Shown here: positions 14,661 through 24,865 of the stretch, one piece after another
Position numbering within the stretch: position 1 is the stretch's first letter
How the letters are laid out: every line of letters starts with the position of its first letter
Source: an uncultured Vicinamibacteraceae bacterium
Lineage (GTDB): Bacteria; Acidobacteriota; Vicinamibacteria; Vicinamibacterales; UBA8438
NCBI GenBank assembly: GCA_964569405.1
Contig: CAZMWA010000240.1
Span: 1 to 32,000, forward strand
Direction: 5' to 3'
DNA: 32,000 nt
Notes under the pieces: generated by a model
Database searches by the model: none
Told to the model about the DNA's origin: nothing
The model's input: the letters and a program-made list of their open reading frames with translations, nothing else
Position numbers and translations under genes: made by a program

Positions 14661-17600
14661 TTGAACCCGATAACCATCGTCTGGTCGCCCGCGGCCGCGG
14701 TCAGGCTCGACGCGGCGCAGCGGTTCGTCGCCGGCCGCGGCCCGGCCGCCGAATGCCTGGCCGTGGGCGAGAGCCGGGGTGCGGTGGACGACCTGGCCCG
14801 CGAGGTCGCCACCCGGGCGGGAGCGGTGTTCGGGCTGCATCGCTTCAGCGTGCAGCAGCTCGCGGCGCAGCTCGCCGGGCCCGAGCTCGCCCGCCGGGGC
14901 TGCGCCCCGGGCACCGGGCTCAACATCGAGGCGATCGCCGCGCGGGCGGCGTTCGAAGAGCGCCGGGACCGCTCGCTCGGCTACCTGGGCGAGGTGGCCC
15001 GGCTGCGCAGCTTCGCGCGGACGCTGGCCGCCACGCTCCAGGATCTCCGCTGCGCGGGGGTCGATCCCGTCCGGGTGGCCGGGGCCGGCGGCGTGGGCGG
15101 TGAGCTGGCCGCGCTCGCCGCGCGCTACGCGGCGCAGCTCGCGCAGGCGCGTCTGGTCGACGCGCCCGGTCTGCTGCGGGCGGCCGCCGCGGCCGCGGCC
15201 GCCGGCGCGGGGCCGCCGTGCGGCATTCCGCTGCTGCTGCTCGACGTTGCGATCCACGATGACGCCGTGCGCGCGCTGGTGGCGGCGCTGGCCGCGCGGT
15301 CTCCGAGCGTGCTCGCCACGGTTCCGGCCGGCGACCGGCGCACGCGGGCCGCCCTGCAGCGGCTGCCCGGCGCCCGCGTCGAGGAGCCCGGGCCGTCGGA
15401 CCTCTCCACGTCGCTGGACCGCGTTCGCCGCTACCTGTTCACCGCCGACGCACCGTCGCCGCCCGCTGTCCCGCCGGCCGGCGAGGCAGGCGACGTCACG
15501 CTCTTCTCGGCGCCCGGCGAGGGGCGCGAGTGCGTCGAGATCGCACGCCGCATCCTGCAGGAGTCCGCGCGCGGCGTGCGGCTCGACCGCATGGCCATCC
15601 TGGTGCGTGCGGCGGACGTCTACGCCGGCCATCTCGAGACCGCGTTGAGCCGCGCGGAAGTCCCGGCCTGGTTCGCCCGCGGCACGCGGCTGCCCGATCC
15701 GTCCGGCCGGGCGTTCCTGGCCCTGCTCGCTTGCGCCGCCGAGCGGCTGTCCGCCCGCCGGTTCTCCGAGTATCTCTCGCTGGCCCAGGTGCCGGCGCCC
15801 GCCGCGAGCGGCGCCGCGCCGGCGGGCCCGCGCCGCTGGACGCCCCCCGCCAACGCCGAGGAGGTGCTTCCCGGCCCGGCCCTGCCGGCGCAGCCGTCGC
15901 TGTTCGACGCGCCGCAGCCTGCGCCGGAGGCGCCTCCGGACTCCGACGAACGGCCCGTCGTCGAGGGCTCCCTCCGTGCGCCGTGGAAATGGGACCGCCT
16001 GCTCGTGGAGTCCGCCGTCATCGGCGGGCTCGCCCGCTGGCGGCGCCGCCTGGACGGGCTCGCGCGGGAGCTGGCGCTGCGCCGCGAGGAGTGCGCCCGC
16101 GAGGATCCGGAGTCCCCGCGGCTGCGCGCGATTGATCGCGACCGGCAGAATCTGCGCCACCTGATGCACTTTGCCCTGCCGGTGATCGAGCACCTCGCGG
16201 GGCTGCCCGACGAGGCGCCGTGGGCTGTCTGGCTGGAGGCGCTGGAGGCGCTGGCGCCCCGGGTGCTCGTGCATCCCGAGCGGGTGCTGGCCGTGCTCGC
16301 CGAGCTGCGGCCGATGGCCGAGGTCGGGCCGGTGGCGCTCGGCGAGGTCCGGGACGTGCTGTCCGAGCGGTTGACCGAGCTGCGGGACGACCCGCCCGCG
16401 CGGCGCTTCGGGCAGGTGTTCGTCGGCCGGCCCGAGCAGGTGCGCGGCCGCGTCTTCGACGTGATCTTCGTCCCCGGCCTGGCCGAGCGCATCTTTCCGC
16501 ACAAGCAGCGGCAGGATCCGCTGCTGCTCGACGCGGCGCGGCGCGCGCTGAACGCGGACGCCGGGGACGACGCGCTCGGACTCGCAACGCAGGACGACCG
16601 CGCCCGCGGAGAGCGTCTCCTGCTGCAGTTGGCCGTCGGCGCCGCGCGCCGGCGGCTCTGCCTCTCGTACCCGCGGCTGCACGCGAGCGAGTCGCGCCCC
16701 CGCGTGCCGTCGTTCTACGCGCTCGACATCGAGCGGGCGCGGGTGGGCCGGGTCCCGGATCTCGAAGACCTGAAGCGGGAGGCGGACGCCAGCGCCGGCG
16801 CCCGTCTGGCCTGGCCGGCGCCGGCGGACCCGGCCCAGGCCGTCGACGACACCGAGCACGACCTGGCGGTGCTCGCGCCACTCCTCCACGGCGCCCCGGG
16901 CAAGGCGAAGGGCCGCGCGCGCTACCTGTTGAAGCTCAACCCGGGATTGCACCGGTCGCTCGTGACGCGTTGGGCGCGCTGGAAGCGGCCGTGGTCGCGG
17001 TACGACGGCCTGTACGGCCTGCAGCCGGACTCGGTCGCGGCGCTGGCAGGCTACCGGCCGGGGCAGAGGCCATATTCGGTCTCCGCGCTCCAGCGTTTCG
17101 CCGCCTGCCCCTATCAGTTCCTGCTGTCCGCCGTGCTCCGGCTGCAGCCGCGCGAGGAGAGCCAGCCGTTGGAGCGCATGAACCCGCTGACACGCGGCCG
17201 GCTGTTTCACGAGGTGCAGGCCGAGCTCGTGCGCGCCCTCCGCGCGCGGGAAGCGCTGCCGGTCACCCCGCCGCGGCTGCCGGCGGCCGAGGCCGTGCTC
17301 GACGCGACGCTCGACGAGGTCGCGGCCAGGTACCGCGAGGAGCTGGCGCCGGCCATCGACCGCGTGTGGACCGACGAGGTCGAGTCGATGCGGACCGACC
17401 TGCGCGGCTGGCTGCGTCACGTCGCGGACGAGGGCGGCGAATGGACGCCCCTGTTCGCCGAGTTCGGGTTCGGTTTGCCGGCGGGCGCCGGGCGCGACGC
17501 CGCGAGCGTGGCGGAGCCGGTCAGGCTCGACGGCAAGTGGCTCCTGCGCGGGGCCGTCGACCTGATCGAGGCCGGCGCCGGGCCGGCGCCGCGCGCCGCG

Positions 17601-17996
17601 CTGCGGGTGACCGACCACAAGACCGGGAAGAACCGTCACCGCCAGGAGCTGGTCGTCGGCCGCGGCGAGGTGCTCCAGCCCGTGCTCTACGGCCTGGCCG
17701 TCGAGCAGGCCCTGGGGCGGCCGGTGGAGACCTCGCGCCTGTTCTTCTGCACGCTCGACGGGATGTTCACGACCCGGCCGGTGCAGCTCGGCGAGAGCCA
17801 GCGCCGCCAGGGCCTGGAGGTGATCGAGGTCATCGACCGGGCGCTCGAGGCCGGCGCCCTGCTGCCGGCCCCGCGGGAGGGCGCCTGCCGCTGGTGCGAC
17901 TTCAGGGCCGTGTGCGGACCCTGGGAGGAGACGCGGGTCGGGCGCAAGGATCCGGCCCGGCTGGCCGACCTGGAGGCCCTGCGGCGCATGCCGTAG
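14661..17996 (+). CDS. addB: AddB-type helicase-nuclease subunit (PD-(D/E)XK nuclease with a C-terminal Cys cluster)
   Basis: About 1110 aa. The C-terminal nuclease/Fe-S-type region contains RVTDHKTGK and ends in [11 protein letters not shown]. It lies directly upstream of an AddA-type gene. The start is uncertain: TTG 14661 was chosen and GTG 14589 is possible. The track start at 14544 lies inside the repeat element. Confidence 0.7.
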   Translation: MNPITIVWSPAAAVRLDAAQRFVAGRGPAAECLAVGESRGAVDDLAREVATRAGAVFGLHRFSVQQLAAQLAGPELARRGCAPGTGLNIEAIAARAAFEERRDRSLGYLGEVARLRSFARTLAATLQDLRCAGVDPVRVAGAGGVGGELAALAARYAAQLAQARLVDAPGLLRAAAAAAAAGAGPPCGIPLLLLDVAIHDDAVRALVAALAARSPSVLATVPAGDRRTRAALQRLPGARVEEPGPSDLSTSLDRVRRYLFTADAPSPPAVPPAGEAGDVTLFSAPGEGRECVEIARRILQESARGVRLDRMAILVRAADVYAGHLETALSRAEVPAWFARGTRLPDPSGRAFLALLACAAERLSARRFSEYLSLAQVPAPAASGAAPAGPRRWTPPANAEEVLPGPALPAQPSLFDAPQPAPEAPPDSDERPVVEGSLRAPWKWDRLLVESAVIGGLARWRRRLDGLARELALRREECAREDPESPRLRAIDRDRQNLRHLMHFALPVIEHLAGLPDEAPWAVWLEALEALAPRVLVHPERVLAVLAELRPMAEVGPVALGEVRDVLSERLTELRDDPPARRFGQVFVGRPEQVRGRVFDVIFVPGLAERIFPHKQRQDPLLLDAARRALNADAGDDALGLATQDDRARGERLLLQLAVGAARRRLCLSYPRLHASESRPRVPSFYALDIERARVGRVPDLEDLKREADASAGARLAWPAPADPAQAVDDTEHDLAVLAPLLHGAPGKAKGRARYLLKLNPGLHRSLVTRWARWKRPWSRYDGLYGLQPDSVAALAGYRPGQRPYSVSALQRFAACPYQFLLSAVLRLQPREESQPLERMNPLTRGRLFHEVQAELVRALRAREALPVTPPRLPAAEAVLDATLDEVAARYREELAPAIDRVWTDEVESMRTDLRGWLRHVADEGGEWTPLFAEFGFGLPAGAGRDAASVAEPVRLDGKWLLRGAVDLIEAGAGPAPRAALRVTDHKTGKNRHRQELVVGRGEVLQPVLYGLAVEQALGRPVETSRLFFCTLDGMFTTRPVQLGESQRRQGLEVIEVIDRALEAGALLPAPREGACRWCDFRAVCGPWEETRVGRKDPARLADLEALRRMP

Positions 17997-18009
17997 CGGT
18001 TCGCGAACG

Positions 18010-21000
18010 ATGGCTACTCCGTCCGCGCTCGTCGACGCGGAGCCGCGCCGGCGCATCCGGGAGTCGCTCGACGAGAGCCTGTTCGTCGAGGCGGCCGCCG
18101 GCACGGGCAAGACGACGGTCCTCGTCGATCGCATCGTCAACGTCCTGGCGCAGGGCGAGGCCGGGGTCGACCGCATCCTGGCGGTGACCTTCACCGAGAA
18201 GGCGGCCGGGGAGCTGAAGCTGCGCCTGCGCGCTGAGCTGGAGCGCGTGCGCCGGGACCGCGGCGCGAGCGGGACGCTCGAGGACGCCATCGCCCGTCTC
18301 GAGGAGGCCCAGGTCAACACCATTCACGGCTTCTGCGTCGACCTGCTGCGCGAGCGCCCGGTGGAAGCCGGCGTCGACCCCCGCTTCGAGGTCCTGTCAG
18401 AGCCGGAGGCGCGCGGGCTGTTCGCCCGCGCCTTCGACCTGTGGCTGGAGGAGGTGCTCGCGGATCCGCCCGACGGCGTTCGCCGCGCGCTGCGCCGCCG
18501 GCCCTCGGCGGCCGGCTTCGATGCGGATGCGTCCGACGACGGGCCGACCGATCGCCTCCGCGCCGCGGCCTGGCAACTGGCCGAGTGGCGCGACTTCGAC
18601 ACGCCCTACCGGCGCGCGGCGTTCGAGCGGGAGGCCCTGGTGGACGGGATCGTCGGGGACCTGTGCCGCTTCGCCGATCGGACGGAGCAGGCAGCCAATC
18701 GCCGCGACCGCCTGTACCTCGACACCCGTCCCGCGCGTCTCGCGGCCCAGGCGATCCGCACCGGCGAAGCGATGCGGCCGCGGCGCGACTACGACGGCAT
18801 CGAGTCGCAACTGGTCGAGCTTGCGCTCAACCGCGGGTTCGGGGATCCGCGGCGCGGCGCCGGATCGCGCTACGCGGCCGCTATCGCGCGAGCGGATCTG
18901 CTGCAGGAGCAGCGCGCCCTCGTGGATCGCCTGCGCGAGTTCCGCCGCGCGGCGGATGCCGATCTGGCCGCGCTGCTGCAGCGCGAGCTGCGGGCGCCGG
19001 TCGCGCGCTACCGCGAGCTGAAGTCGAGCACGGGGCGGCTCGACTTCGTGGACCTGCTGCTCATGGCGCGCGACCTGCTGCGCGGCGAGGACGCGGTGCG
19101 GCAGGCGTTCCAGCAGCGCTACACGCACATCTTCGTCGACGAGTTTCAGGACACGGATCCGCTACAGGCCGAGGTGCTGCTGCTGCTGGCCGCCGCCGAC
19201 CCCGCCGAGCGGGACTGGCGGCGCGCCGCGCCGAGCCCGGGCAAGCTGTTCGTCGTGGGCGACCCCAAGCAGTCGATCTACCGCTTCCGCCGCGCGGACG
19301 TCGACATCTACCACCAGGTGAAGGCCCGTCTCGAGGCCCGCGGCATGGCGGTGCTGCAGTTGACGAGCAGCTTCCGCAGCGCGCCGCCGATCCAGCATTT
19401 CGTCAACCGCGCGTTCGAACCCCACATGGCGCCGGCGGCCGGGGCCGCGGGCGCATCGCGCTACGTGCCGCTGTCGCCGACCCGGCCGGCGCCGGCCGGG
19501 CAGCCGGCGGTCGTCGTGCTGCCGGTGCCGCGTCCGTACGGCTATCGGCGCGTCGCGGCGTCGGCCATCGAGCGCTCGCTGCCGGATGCGGTGGGCGCGT
19601 TCGTGAGCTGGCTCATCGAGGAGAGCGGCTGGACGGTCACGGCCGCGGCCGGGTCCGCGGAGGGCGGCGGGGATCCCGTTCCTATCGCCGCCCGCCATGT
19701 GTGCCTCCTGTTCAGACGCTTCGAGAGCTTCCGGCGCGACATGACCCGGCCGTACGTCGAGGCGCTGGAGGCTCGCGAGATCCCGCACCTGCTGGTTGGC
19801 GGCCGGGCGTTTCACGAGCGCGAGGAGGTCGCGACGATGCGCGCGGCGCTGGCGGCCGTCGAGTGGCCGGACGACGAGCTGTCGGTCTTCGCGACCCTGC
19901 GCGGGTCGTTGTTCGCCATCGATGACGAGGCGCTCTTCGGCTACCGGCACCGGTTCGGCGCGCCGCACCCGTACCGCATTCCGGCGGCGCTGGCGCCCGG
20001 CGCGGCGCTGCCGGCCGAGCTCGACCGCTTCGCGCCGGTCGCCGACGCGCTCGAGCTGCTCAAGGATCTGCACCGCGGCCGCAACCGCGTGCCCGTGGAG
20101 GCCACCATCGGCCGCCTGCTCGACGCGACGCGCGCGCACGCCGGCTTCGCCCTGCGCCCGGCCGGCGAGCAGGCGCTCGCGAACGTGCTCCAGATGGCGG
20201 AGATGGCCCGCCGGCACGCCGCCGCCGGCGGCCTGTCGTTCCGGAGCTTCGTCGAGCACCTGCTGGACGAGGCCGACCGCCGGCAGGCCGGCGAGGCGCC
20301 CATCTTCGAGGAGGGGAGCGACGGCGTGCGGATCATGACCGTCCACCGGGCGAAGGGCCTCGAGTTCCCGGTCGTCGTCCTCGCCGACCCGACCTGCAAG
20401 CTGCACCGCCGCACGGCCGACCGCTACATCGACGGCGAGAAGGGGCTGTGCGCGCTGCGGCTGGCGGGCTGGCAGCCCCTGGATCTGCTCGACCACGAAG
20501 AGGACGAAGTGGAGCGGAACCGCGCCGAGGGGGTGCGGCTGGCGTATGTCGCGGCCACCCGCGCCCGCGATCTGCTGGTCGTGCCGGCCGTGGGCGACGG
20601 TCCGCACGAGGGCGGTTGGCTCGACCCGCTGCACGGGGCTCTTTATCCGCCCCTGGCGCACCGCCGCACGCCGGCAGCGGGGCCGGGCTGCCCGTCGTTC
20701 GGTCGCGACTCCGTGCTCGAACGCCCGGAGGGCGACCCGGCGCTGACCGCCACCGTCGCGCCGGGGCTGCACCGGTTCGCGGACGACCGGGAGGGTGCTT
20801 CCGACTACGACGTGGTCTGGTGGGATCCCCACGCCCTCCGGCTCGGCGTCGAGGCGCACTTCGGGATCCGCCAGGAGCAGTTGTTGTCGAAGGAGGTGCC
20901 GGAGGCAACCGTCGAGGAGGACCTGCACCGCTATCGGGCCTGGCGGCAGGGGCGGGCGCGGGCGCTGGAGCACGCGGCGGCGCCGAGCCTCGTCGTGGAG

Positions 21001-21531
21001 GCGGCGACCGCCCGGGCGGCGGCGGCCGGCGGCGGCCGCGGTCGCCGCGACGAACCGGACGTGGCGGTGATCGAGCTGGAGCGGCCCGCGGTCCGCCCGT
21101 CGGGTCCCCGGTTCGGATCGCTCGTCCACGCCGCGTTGGCGACGGTGCCCCTCGACCAGCCTGCCGCCGCGGGGGAGACGGCCGTGCTGCACGGCCGTCT
21201 CCTGGGCGCGACCGACGCGGAGATCGCGGCCGCGGCGGTCGCCGTGACGGCGGCCCTGCGCCATCCGCTCCTCGAGCGCGCCCGCGCCGCGCTGGCGCGC
21301 GGGGAGTGCCGCCGGGAGGCGCCGGTGGCAGCCCTCGACGACGGCGCCCTGGTCGAGGGCGTCGTCGACCTGGCGTTCCGCGAGTCCGGTCAGTGGACCG
21401 TGGTCGACTTCAAGACGGACAGGGAGCTCGACGAGGCCCTCGACGTCTACCGGCGACAGGTCGCCCTGTACGCGGCGCTCGTCGCGCGTGCGACCGGCGA
21501 GCGGGCGACGCCGGTGCTGATGCGGGTCTGA
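18010..21531 (+). CDS. addA: AddA-type UvrD/Rep-family helicase with a C-terminal RecB-like nuclease
   Basis: 1173 aa. It has Walker [39 protein letters not shown] and a C-terminal PD-(D/E)XK region GVVDLAF...VVDFKTD...[11 protein letters not shown]. Confidence 0.8.
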   Translation: MATPSALVDAEPRRRIRESLDESLFVEAAAGTGKTTVLVDRIVNVLAQGEAGVDRILAVTFTEKAAGELKLRLRAELERVRRDRGASGTLEDAIARLEEAQVNTIHGFCVDLLRERPVEAGVDPRFEVLSEPEARGLFARAFDLWLEEVLADPPDGVRRALRRRPSAAGFDADASDDGPTDRLRAAAWQLAEWRDFDTPYRRAAFEREALVDGIVGDLCRFADRTEQAANRRDRLYLDTRPARLAAQAIRTGEAMRPRRDYDGIESQLVELALNRGFGDPRRGAGSRYAAAIARADLLQEQRALVDRLREFRRAADADLAALLQRELRAPVARYRELKSSTGRLDFVDLLLMARDLLRGEDAVRQAFQQRYTHIFVDEFQDTDPLQAEVLLLLAAADPAERDWRRAAPSPGKLFVVGDPKQSIYRFRRADVDIYHQVKARLEARGMAVLQLTSSFRSAPPIQHFVNRAFEPHMAPAAGAAGASRYVPLSPTRPAPAGQPAVVVLPVPRPYGYRRVAASAIERSLPDAVGAFVSWLIEESGWTVTAAAGSAEGGGDPVPIAARHVCLLFRRFESFRRDMTRPYVEALEAREIPHLLVGGRAFHEREEVATMRAALAAVEWPDDELSVFATLRGSLFAIDDEALFGYRHRFGAPHPYRIPAALAPGAALPAELDRFAPVADALELLKDLHRGRNRVPVEATIGRLLDATRAHAGFALRPAGEQALANVLQMAEMARRHAAAGGLSFRSFVEHLLDEADRRQAGEAPIFEEGSDGVRIMTVHRAKGLEFPVVVLADPTCKLHRRTADRYIDGEKGLCALRLAGWQPLDLLDHEEDEVERNRAEGVRLAYVAATRARDLLVVPAVGDGPHEGGWLDPLHGALYPPLAHRRTPAAGPGCPSFGRDSVLERPEGDPALTATVAPGLHRFADDREGASDYDVVWWDPHALRLGVEAHFGIRQEQLLSKEVPEATVEEDLHRYRAWRQGRARALEHAAAPSLVVEAATARAAAAGGGRGRRDEPDVAVIELERPAVRPSGPRFGSLVHAALATVPLDQPAAAGETAVLHGRLLGATDAEIAAAAVAVTAALRHPLLERARAALARGECRREAPVAALDDGALVEGVVDLAFRESGQWTVVDFKTDRELDEALDVYRRQVALYAALVARATGERATPVLMRV

Positions 21532-21591
21532 AACTGGACGAGGCTTGGCTTCATCTTGACGGGGACGTGGTTGCTGCGACTGCTCGGACCA

Positions 21592-21987
21592 TCACGGTTG
21601 ACGTTTCTCCTCTGCGATCTGGATCAAGTTGCCGCACGAATCGTCGAATACCGCGGTAATGACAGTCCCGAGGTCCGTTGGCGGCTGTACGAATCGCACA
21701 CCTCTTGCCGCGAGACGCTCGTGTTCGGCTTCGATGTCGTCGACCGCGAAGGAGGTCCAGGGGATACCGTCCTCCACGAGCGCCCTCTTGACCGTACGCA
21801 CCGCGGGATGGCCGTCAGGCTCGAGCACCAACTGCGTCCCCTCCGGGGCTTCCGCGGATACGACAGTGATCCAGGCATGTTCTCCCAGGGGGATGTTGTG
21901 CTTCATCTGGAAGCCAAGCGCTTCCGTGTAGAAGCGAAGTGCCTTCTGTTGGTCGTCTACCGGGACGCTGGCCAGGTGGATTCTCAT
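21592..21987 (-). CDS. VOC (glyoxalase/bleomycin-resistance/dioxygenase) family protein
   Basis: 131 aa. MRIHLASVPVDDQQKALRFYTEALGF...FDDSCGNLIQI is the typical VOC fold signature. It overlaps the upstream ArsR gene by 4 nt. Confidence 0.8.
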   Translation of the reverse strand: MRIHLASVPVDDQQKALRFYTEALGFQMKHNIPLGEHAWITVVSAEAPEGTQLVLEPDGHPAVRTVKRALVEDGIPWTSFAVDDIEAEHERLAARGVRFVQPPTDLGTVITAVFDDSCGNLIQIAEEKRQP

Positions 21988-22283
21988 CTTTCAAGTGCCC
22001 CTTCATCTGTCGAGATCGGCCAACGCTCCGCGATGGCCTTCAGCGGGCCGCCCTCGAACCAATGGAGCTTCGACCTCCCCTCGCGCCTCGTGCGAATCAG
22101 CCCGGCGGCCTCCAGGACGTCCAGGTGTTGCGTGATCGCCTGCCGTGAGGAGTTGATGCCGTGCTTCATGGTCAGGCGTGCGCAGAGCTCGAAGAGCGAT
22201 TGACCTGACCGATCGACGAGTTCATCCAGGATGGCTCGCCTGGTTGGGTCAGCGATCGCGCGATACACGTCTGCAAGCACCAA
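21984..22283 (-). CDS. ArsR/SmtB-family transcriptional regulator
   Basis: ADVYRAIADPTRRAILDELVDRSGQSLFELCARL...SSRQAITQHLDVLEAAGLI is a winged HTH. The start is uncertain among TTG 22283, GTG 22280 and GTG 22268. The longer track ORF would run through the operator palindromes. Confidence 0.8.
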   Translation of the reverse strand: MVLADVYRAIADPTRRAILDELVDRSGQSLFELCARLTMKHGINSSRQAITQHLDVLEAAGLIRTRREGRSKLHWFEGGPLKAIAERWPISTDEGALER

Positions 22284-22287
22284 TAAG

Positions 22288-22336
22288 GCAAGCGTTCGCT
22301 TGCATGTCAGGTGATGATATGCAAGTGCATGCTTGC
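22288..22336. promoter_or_regulatory. Two 16-bp GCAAG-N6-CTTGC palindromes (putative ArsR-type operators)
   Basis: gcaagcgttcgcttgc at 22288-22303 and gcaagtgcatgcttgc at 22321-22336, plus cttgcat-N13-atgcaag between them. All lie immediately upstream of the ArsR start. Confidence 0.55.
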
Positions 22337-22438
22337 GTGTCAACTGCCCTTGGAGTAACCAGGGAACAACGGGGGCTGCGACGGCTGGGTCGGGGTCGGC
22401 AACGGATCAAGGGTCGGCAACGGAGCTAATATGTAGCG

Positions 22439-23302
22439 ATGGCGACCAGATCTCGAGACGTGCGGCGGCGGTCGCCGGCGCGGGGCCGGACGGTGCAGGC
22501 TTCGCGGCGCCGGCTGCCGCTCCTGCTGGCTGCGGCCGCGCTGGTCGCGACCGGTTGGGGGCTCTACTCGGCCGGCGCGCCGGGGCAGCCGCCGGCGCCC
22601 TCCACCTCCGTCGTCCGGACGCTGCGGGTGGATGTTCTCCGCGAGCTGCCGCACGACACCACGGCCTACACGCAGGGGCTGCTCTGGTGGAACGGCGGCC
22701 TGTACGAGAGTACGGGCCGCTACGGGGAGTCGACCTTGCGCCGGCTCAACCCGGAGACCGGGGCGGTCGAGCAGCGGATCGACGTGCCGCCGGCGTTCTT
22801 CGGCGAGGGACTGGCGCGGGTCGGCGACCGGCTGATCATGCTCACGTGGATGGCCGAGCGGGCGTTCGTCTTCGACCTGGACACGTTCGAGGCCCTGCGC
22901 AGCTTCCGCTACCGCGGCGAAGGGTGGGGGCTGTGCCACGACGGGCGCCGGCTCGTCATGAGCAACGGCTCCGACACGCTCACGTTTCGCGACCCCGAGA
23001 CCTTCGAGCCGCTGGGCGCCGTGCCCGTCACGCTCCGCGGGCGGCCGCAGGCGGACCTCAACGAGCTGGAGTGCGTCGACGGCGCGGTATACGCCAACGT
23101 GTGGCAGTACGACTACATCGTGCGGATCGACCCGGACAGCGGGCGGGTAACCCACCAGATCGACGCCGCCGGCCTGCTGTCGCGCGACGAGGCGCGCGGG
23201 GTGGACGTCCTCAACGGCGTCGCGTACGACCCGCAGGCCGGCACCTTCTACATCACCGGCAAGTGGTGGCCGAAGATGTTCGAGGTCCGCTTCGTCGAGT
23301 AG
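22439..23302 (+). CDS. Glutaminyl-peptide cyclotransferase (plant/bacterial beta-propeller type)
   Basis: 287 aa. The motifs are HDTTAYTQGLLWWNGGLYESTGRYGESTLRR, GEGWGLCHDG, NELECVDGAVYANVW and YITGKWWPKMFEV. Confidence 0.9.
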   Translation: MATRSRDVRRRSPARGRTVQASRRRLPLLLAAAALVATGWGLYSAGAPGQPPAPSTSVVRTLRVDVLRELPHDTTAYTQGLLWWNGGLYESTGRYGESTLRRLNPETGAVEQRIDVPPAFFGEGLARVGDRLIMLTWMAERAFVFDLDTFEALRSFRYRGEGWGLCHDGRRLVMSNGSDTLTFRDPETFEPLGAVPVTLRGRPQADLNELECVDGAVYANVWQYDYIVRIDPDSGRVTHQIDAAGLLSRDEARGVDVLNGVAYDPQAGTFYITGKWWPKMFEVRFVE

Positions 23303-23305
23303 CGG

Positions 23306-23360
23306 GCTTCAATCAGACGGGGCCTTGCCCCGAGCCCCCGGCGTCCGCTTGTGGGGACCT
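23306..23360 (+). repeat. REP-like intergenic element, copy C (5' ~55 nt only)
   Basis: gcttcaatcagacggggccttgccccgagcccccggcgtccgcttgtggggacc starts 3 nt after the cyclase stop. The GGGGC-loop-GCCCC hairpin is retained with a different loop. Confidence 0.8.
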
Positions 23361-23457
23361 CCTGAAGTTCGGCTACCCCGCGCACAAGATCAAGTGGTAT
23401 CGCGGGGGCATGCAGGACTGGGAGATCCTGGGACTCACCACCGTCCCGGGCGGCTGA
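23361..23457 (+). pseudogene. Rhodanese-domain C-terminal remnant
   Basis: LKFGYPAHKIKWYRGGMQDWEILGLTTVPGG-stop is a typical rhodanese C-terminus (GY..V..Y.GG...W...GLP). No upstream domain is present, and it abuts repeat copy C. Confidence 0.55.
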
Positions 23458-23469
23458 ACCGCGACACCG

Positions 23470-23501
23470 GCCGACGGGCGGCGGTCCCGCCGCCCGTCGG
23501 C
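23470..23501 (+). terminator. GC-rich hairpin after the rhodanese remnant
   Basis: gccgacgggcggcgg-tc-ccgccgcccgtcggc has perfect 15-nt complementary arms. No T-tract follows. Confidence 0.4.
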
Positions 23502-23544
23502 GCCGCATCCGCCGCCCGCGTCCGCGCGCGGCACCGCGCCACGA

Positions 23545-23766
23545 ATGCCCTACTTCATCTACAAGCTGCGACCGCCGCTGCCGCCGGAAGGCGCGGGCTC
23601 GTTCGAGGCGTACCGCGAGGCCCGCACCGCGGTGCGGGAGATGCGCCGCGCCCTCGGGCGTGACGATCCAGTCACGGTGCGGATGGTGTTCGCGGCGGGT
23701 GAGGCGCAGGCCGAGCGGCTCCTGACCGAACGCCGTGAGCCGCGCCCCCTCGGCGAGGACGCATGA
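23545..23766 (+). CDS. Small hypothetical protein (73 aa)
   Basis: ATG-started ORF MPYFIYKLRPP...VRMVFAAGEAQAERLLTERREPRPLGEDA. It does not have shadow-frame composition. I could not name a family. Confidence 0.45.
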   Translation: MPYFIYKLRPPLPPEGAGSFEAYREARTAVREMRRALGRDDPVTVRMVFAAGEAQAERLLTERREPRPLGEDA

Positions 23767-23868
23767 GTCGCCCGGGGATGTCGCCGCGGCGGTGCGTCCG
23801 GCATCGGGGTTGTACGACAATTCGCAAGGCTGGCCCTCGATCCGCAGGGCCTTGACGAGGATCCATCG

Positions 23869-24099
23869 ATGGCGGAATACGATCAGGAACTCGACGCGTG
23901 CGGCCTGAGCTGCCCGTTGCCGATTCTTCGGGCGAAGAAGGCGCTCACCAGGATGGCGAGCGGCCAGGTCCTGCGCATCATCGCGACCGATCCCGGGTCG
24001 GTGAAGGACTTCGAAGCGTTCTCGCGCCAGACCGGAAACGAGCTGTTGGAGTCGACCGAGGATGGCGGCAGGTTCTACTACCGGCTGAGGAAGGCGTAG
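23869..24099 (+). CDS. TusA/SirA-family sulfurtransferase
   Basis: 76 aa. LDACGLSCPLPILRAKKAL carries the conserved CPxP active-site motif. Confidence 0.85.
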   Translation: MAEYDQELDACGLSCPLPILRAKKALTRMASGQVLRIIATDPGSVKDFEAFSRQTGNELLESTEDGGRFYYRLRKA

Positions 24100-24255
24100 C
24101 ACTCTCATCCCTCCCGGCCTGGCCGCGAGCCGGTCCAGGCCCCGTACTTCCGTTGCGGGGTTGCCGTCGTGCCGGCGACGAGCGCCGGTGGGCAGGATCG
24201 CCACGGCCCTCTACACTTCCCGCCACGCTACCTGCAGATTGCGGAGGATCGGGCG

Positions 24256-24708
24256 ATGTCCGATGTGGCGAGAGTGGACGAGGCGGCGGCGAGGGCGACG
24301 CACCACGCACCTCTGGTTCGGCGGCCCGCGGATCTCGCGGGCGAGACGGGACGGTTCGGCAACGTGACGCGGATGGTCTTCCATCCGTCGCCCGAACATC
24401 CCAACGAGCCCAACGCGGGGACCATCACCTACGCGCCCGGAGGCGGCTTTCCCCTGCACATGCACGACTTCGCCCAGCTCTGGTATGTCCTGGAGGGCGA
24501 GTGCCGTTTCGGCGAGCACCGGCTTGCGGCGGGCGACATGGTCTACATGGAGGATCCCCATTTCGAGCACGAGCTGCACACCGAGGCCGGCTGCACCATC
24601 GTGTTCATGCAGTACCCGGGGCCGACCACCGGCGTCCGACCCATCTACCGGGGCCGATTCGATGGCCGGGATGCCGCGCGCGGCGTGGAGCCGGATCTGA
24701 GGCGGTAG
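24256..24708 (+). CDS. Cupin-domain protein
   Basis: 150 aa. GGGFPLHMHDFAQLWYVLEGECRF...GDMVYMEDPHFEHEL matches the two-motif cupin pattern. Confidence 0.7.
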   Translation: MSDVARVDEAAARATHHAPLVRRPADLAGETGRFGNVTRMVFHPSPEHPNEPNAGTITYAPGGGFPLHMHDFAQLWYVLEGECRFGEHRLAAGDMVYMEDPHFEHELHTEAGCTIVFMQYPGPTTGVRPIYRGRFDGRDAARGVEPDLRR

Positions 24709-24741
24709 GTTCCGCGGCGGTCGTCGGTGCCTGCTCTCGGC

Positions 24742-24852
24742 CATCCGTGTTCGGATTGCGAGTCGTGGGTGCGGTGACGCTCGACGATGTGCCGGGTTCC
24801 AGGCTGCTTTGGAGTTGCCGTAATGTACTGTCTCGTAATCCGAACACGGATG
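24742..24852. repeat. 21-nt inverted repeat with a 69-nt spacer between convergent genes
   Basis: catccgtgttcggattgcgag (24742-24762) is complementary to ctcgtaatccgaacacggatg (24832-24852) with 20/21 positions matching. Confidence 0.8.
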
Positions 24853-24865
24853 TGCCCTCGGTCCT

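Noticed and set aside
13875-18323. 1482-aa minus-strand ORF, with similar giant ORFs at 6212-8488 (-), 19162-21264 (-), 463-1908 (+), 6889-8940 (+), 8397-9815 (-), 8675-10111 (+), 16220-18187 (+) and 29125-30891 (-)
   Set aside because: Their Arg/Pro/Gly/Ala-rich low-complexity translations carry no family motifs. They lie antisense to, or out of frame with, genes that have clear signatures (psp, addB/addA-like, 2OG oxygenase, DSD1-like, acyltransferase, MFS). Such long open shadow frames are expected in very GC-rich DNA.
18010-21531. AddA/AddB-like pair as a novel defence helicase-nuclease system
   Set aside because: Domain order, motif content and the adjacent AddB-type partner with a Cys cluster fit the ordinary AddAB double-strand-break repair complex. 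Nothing in the sequence suggests otherwise.
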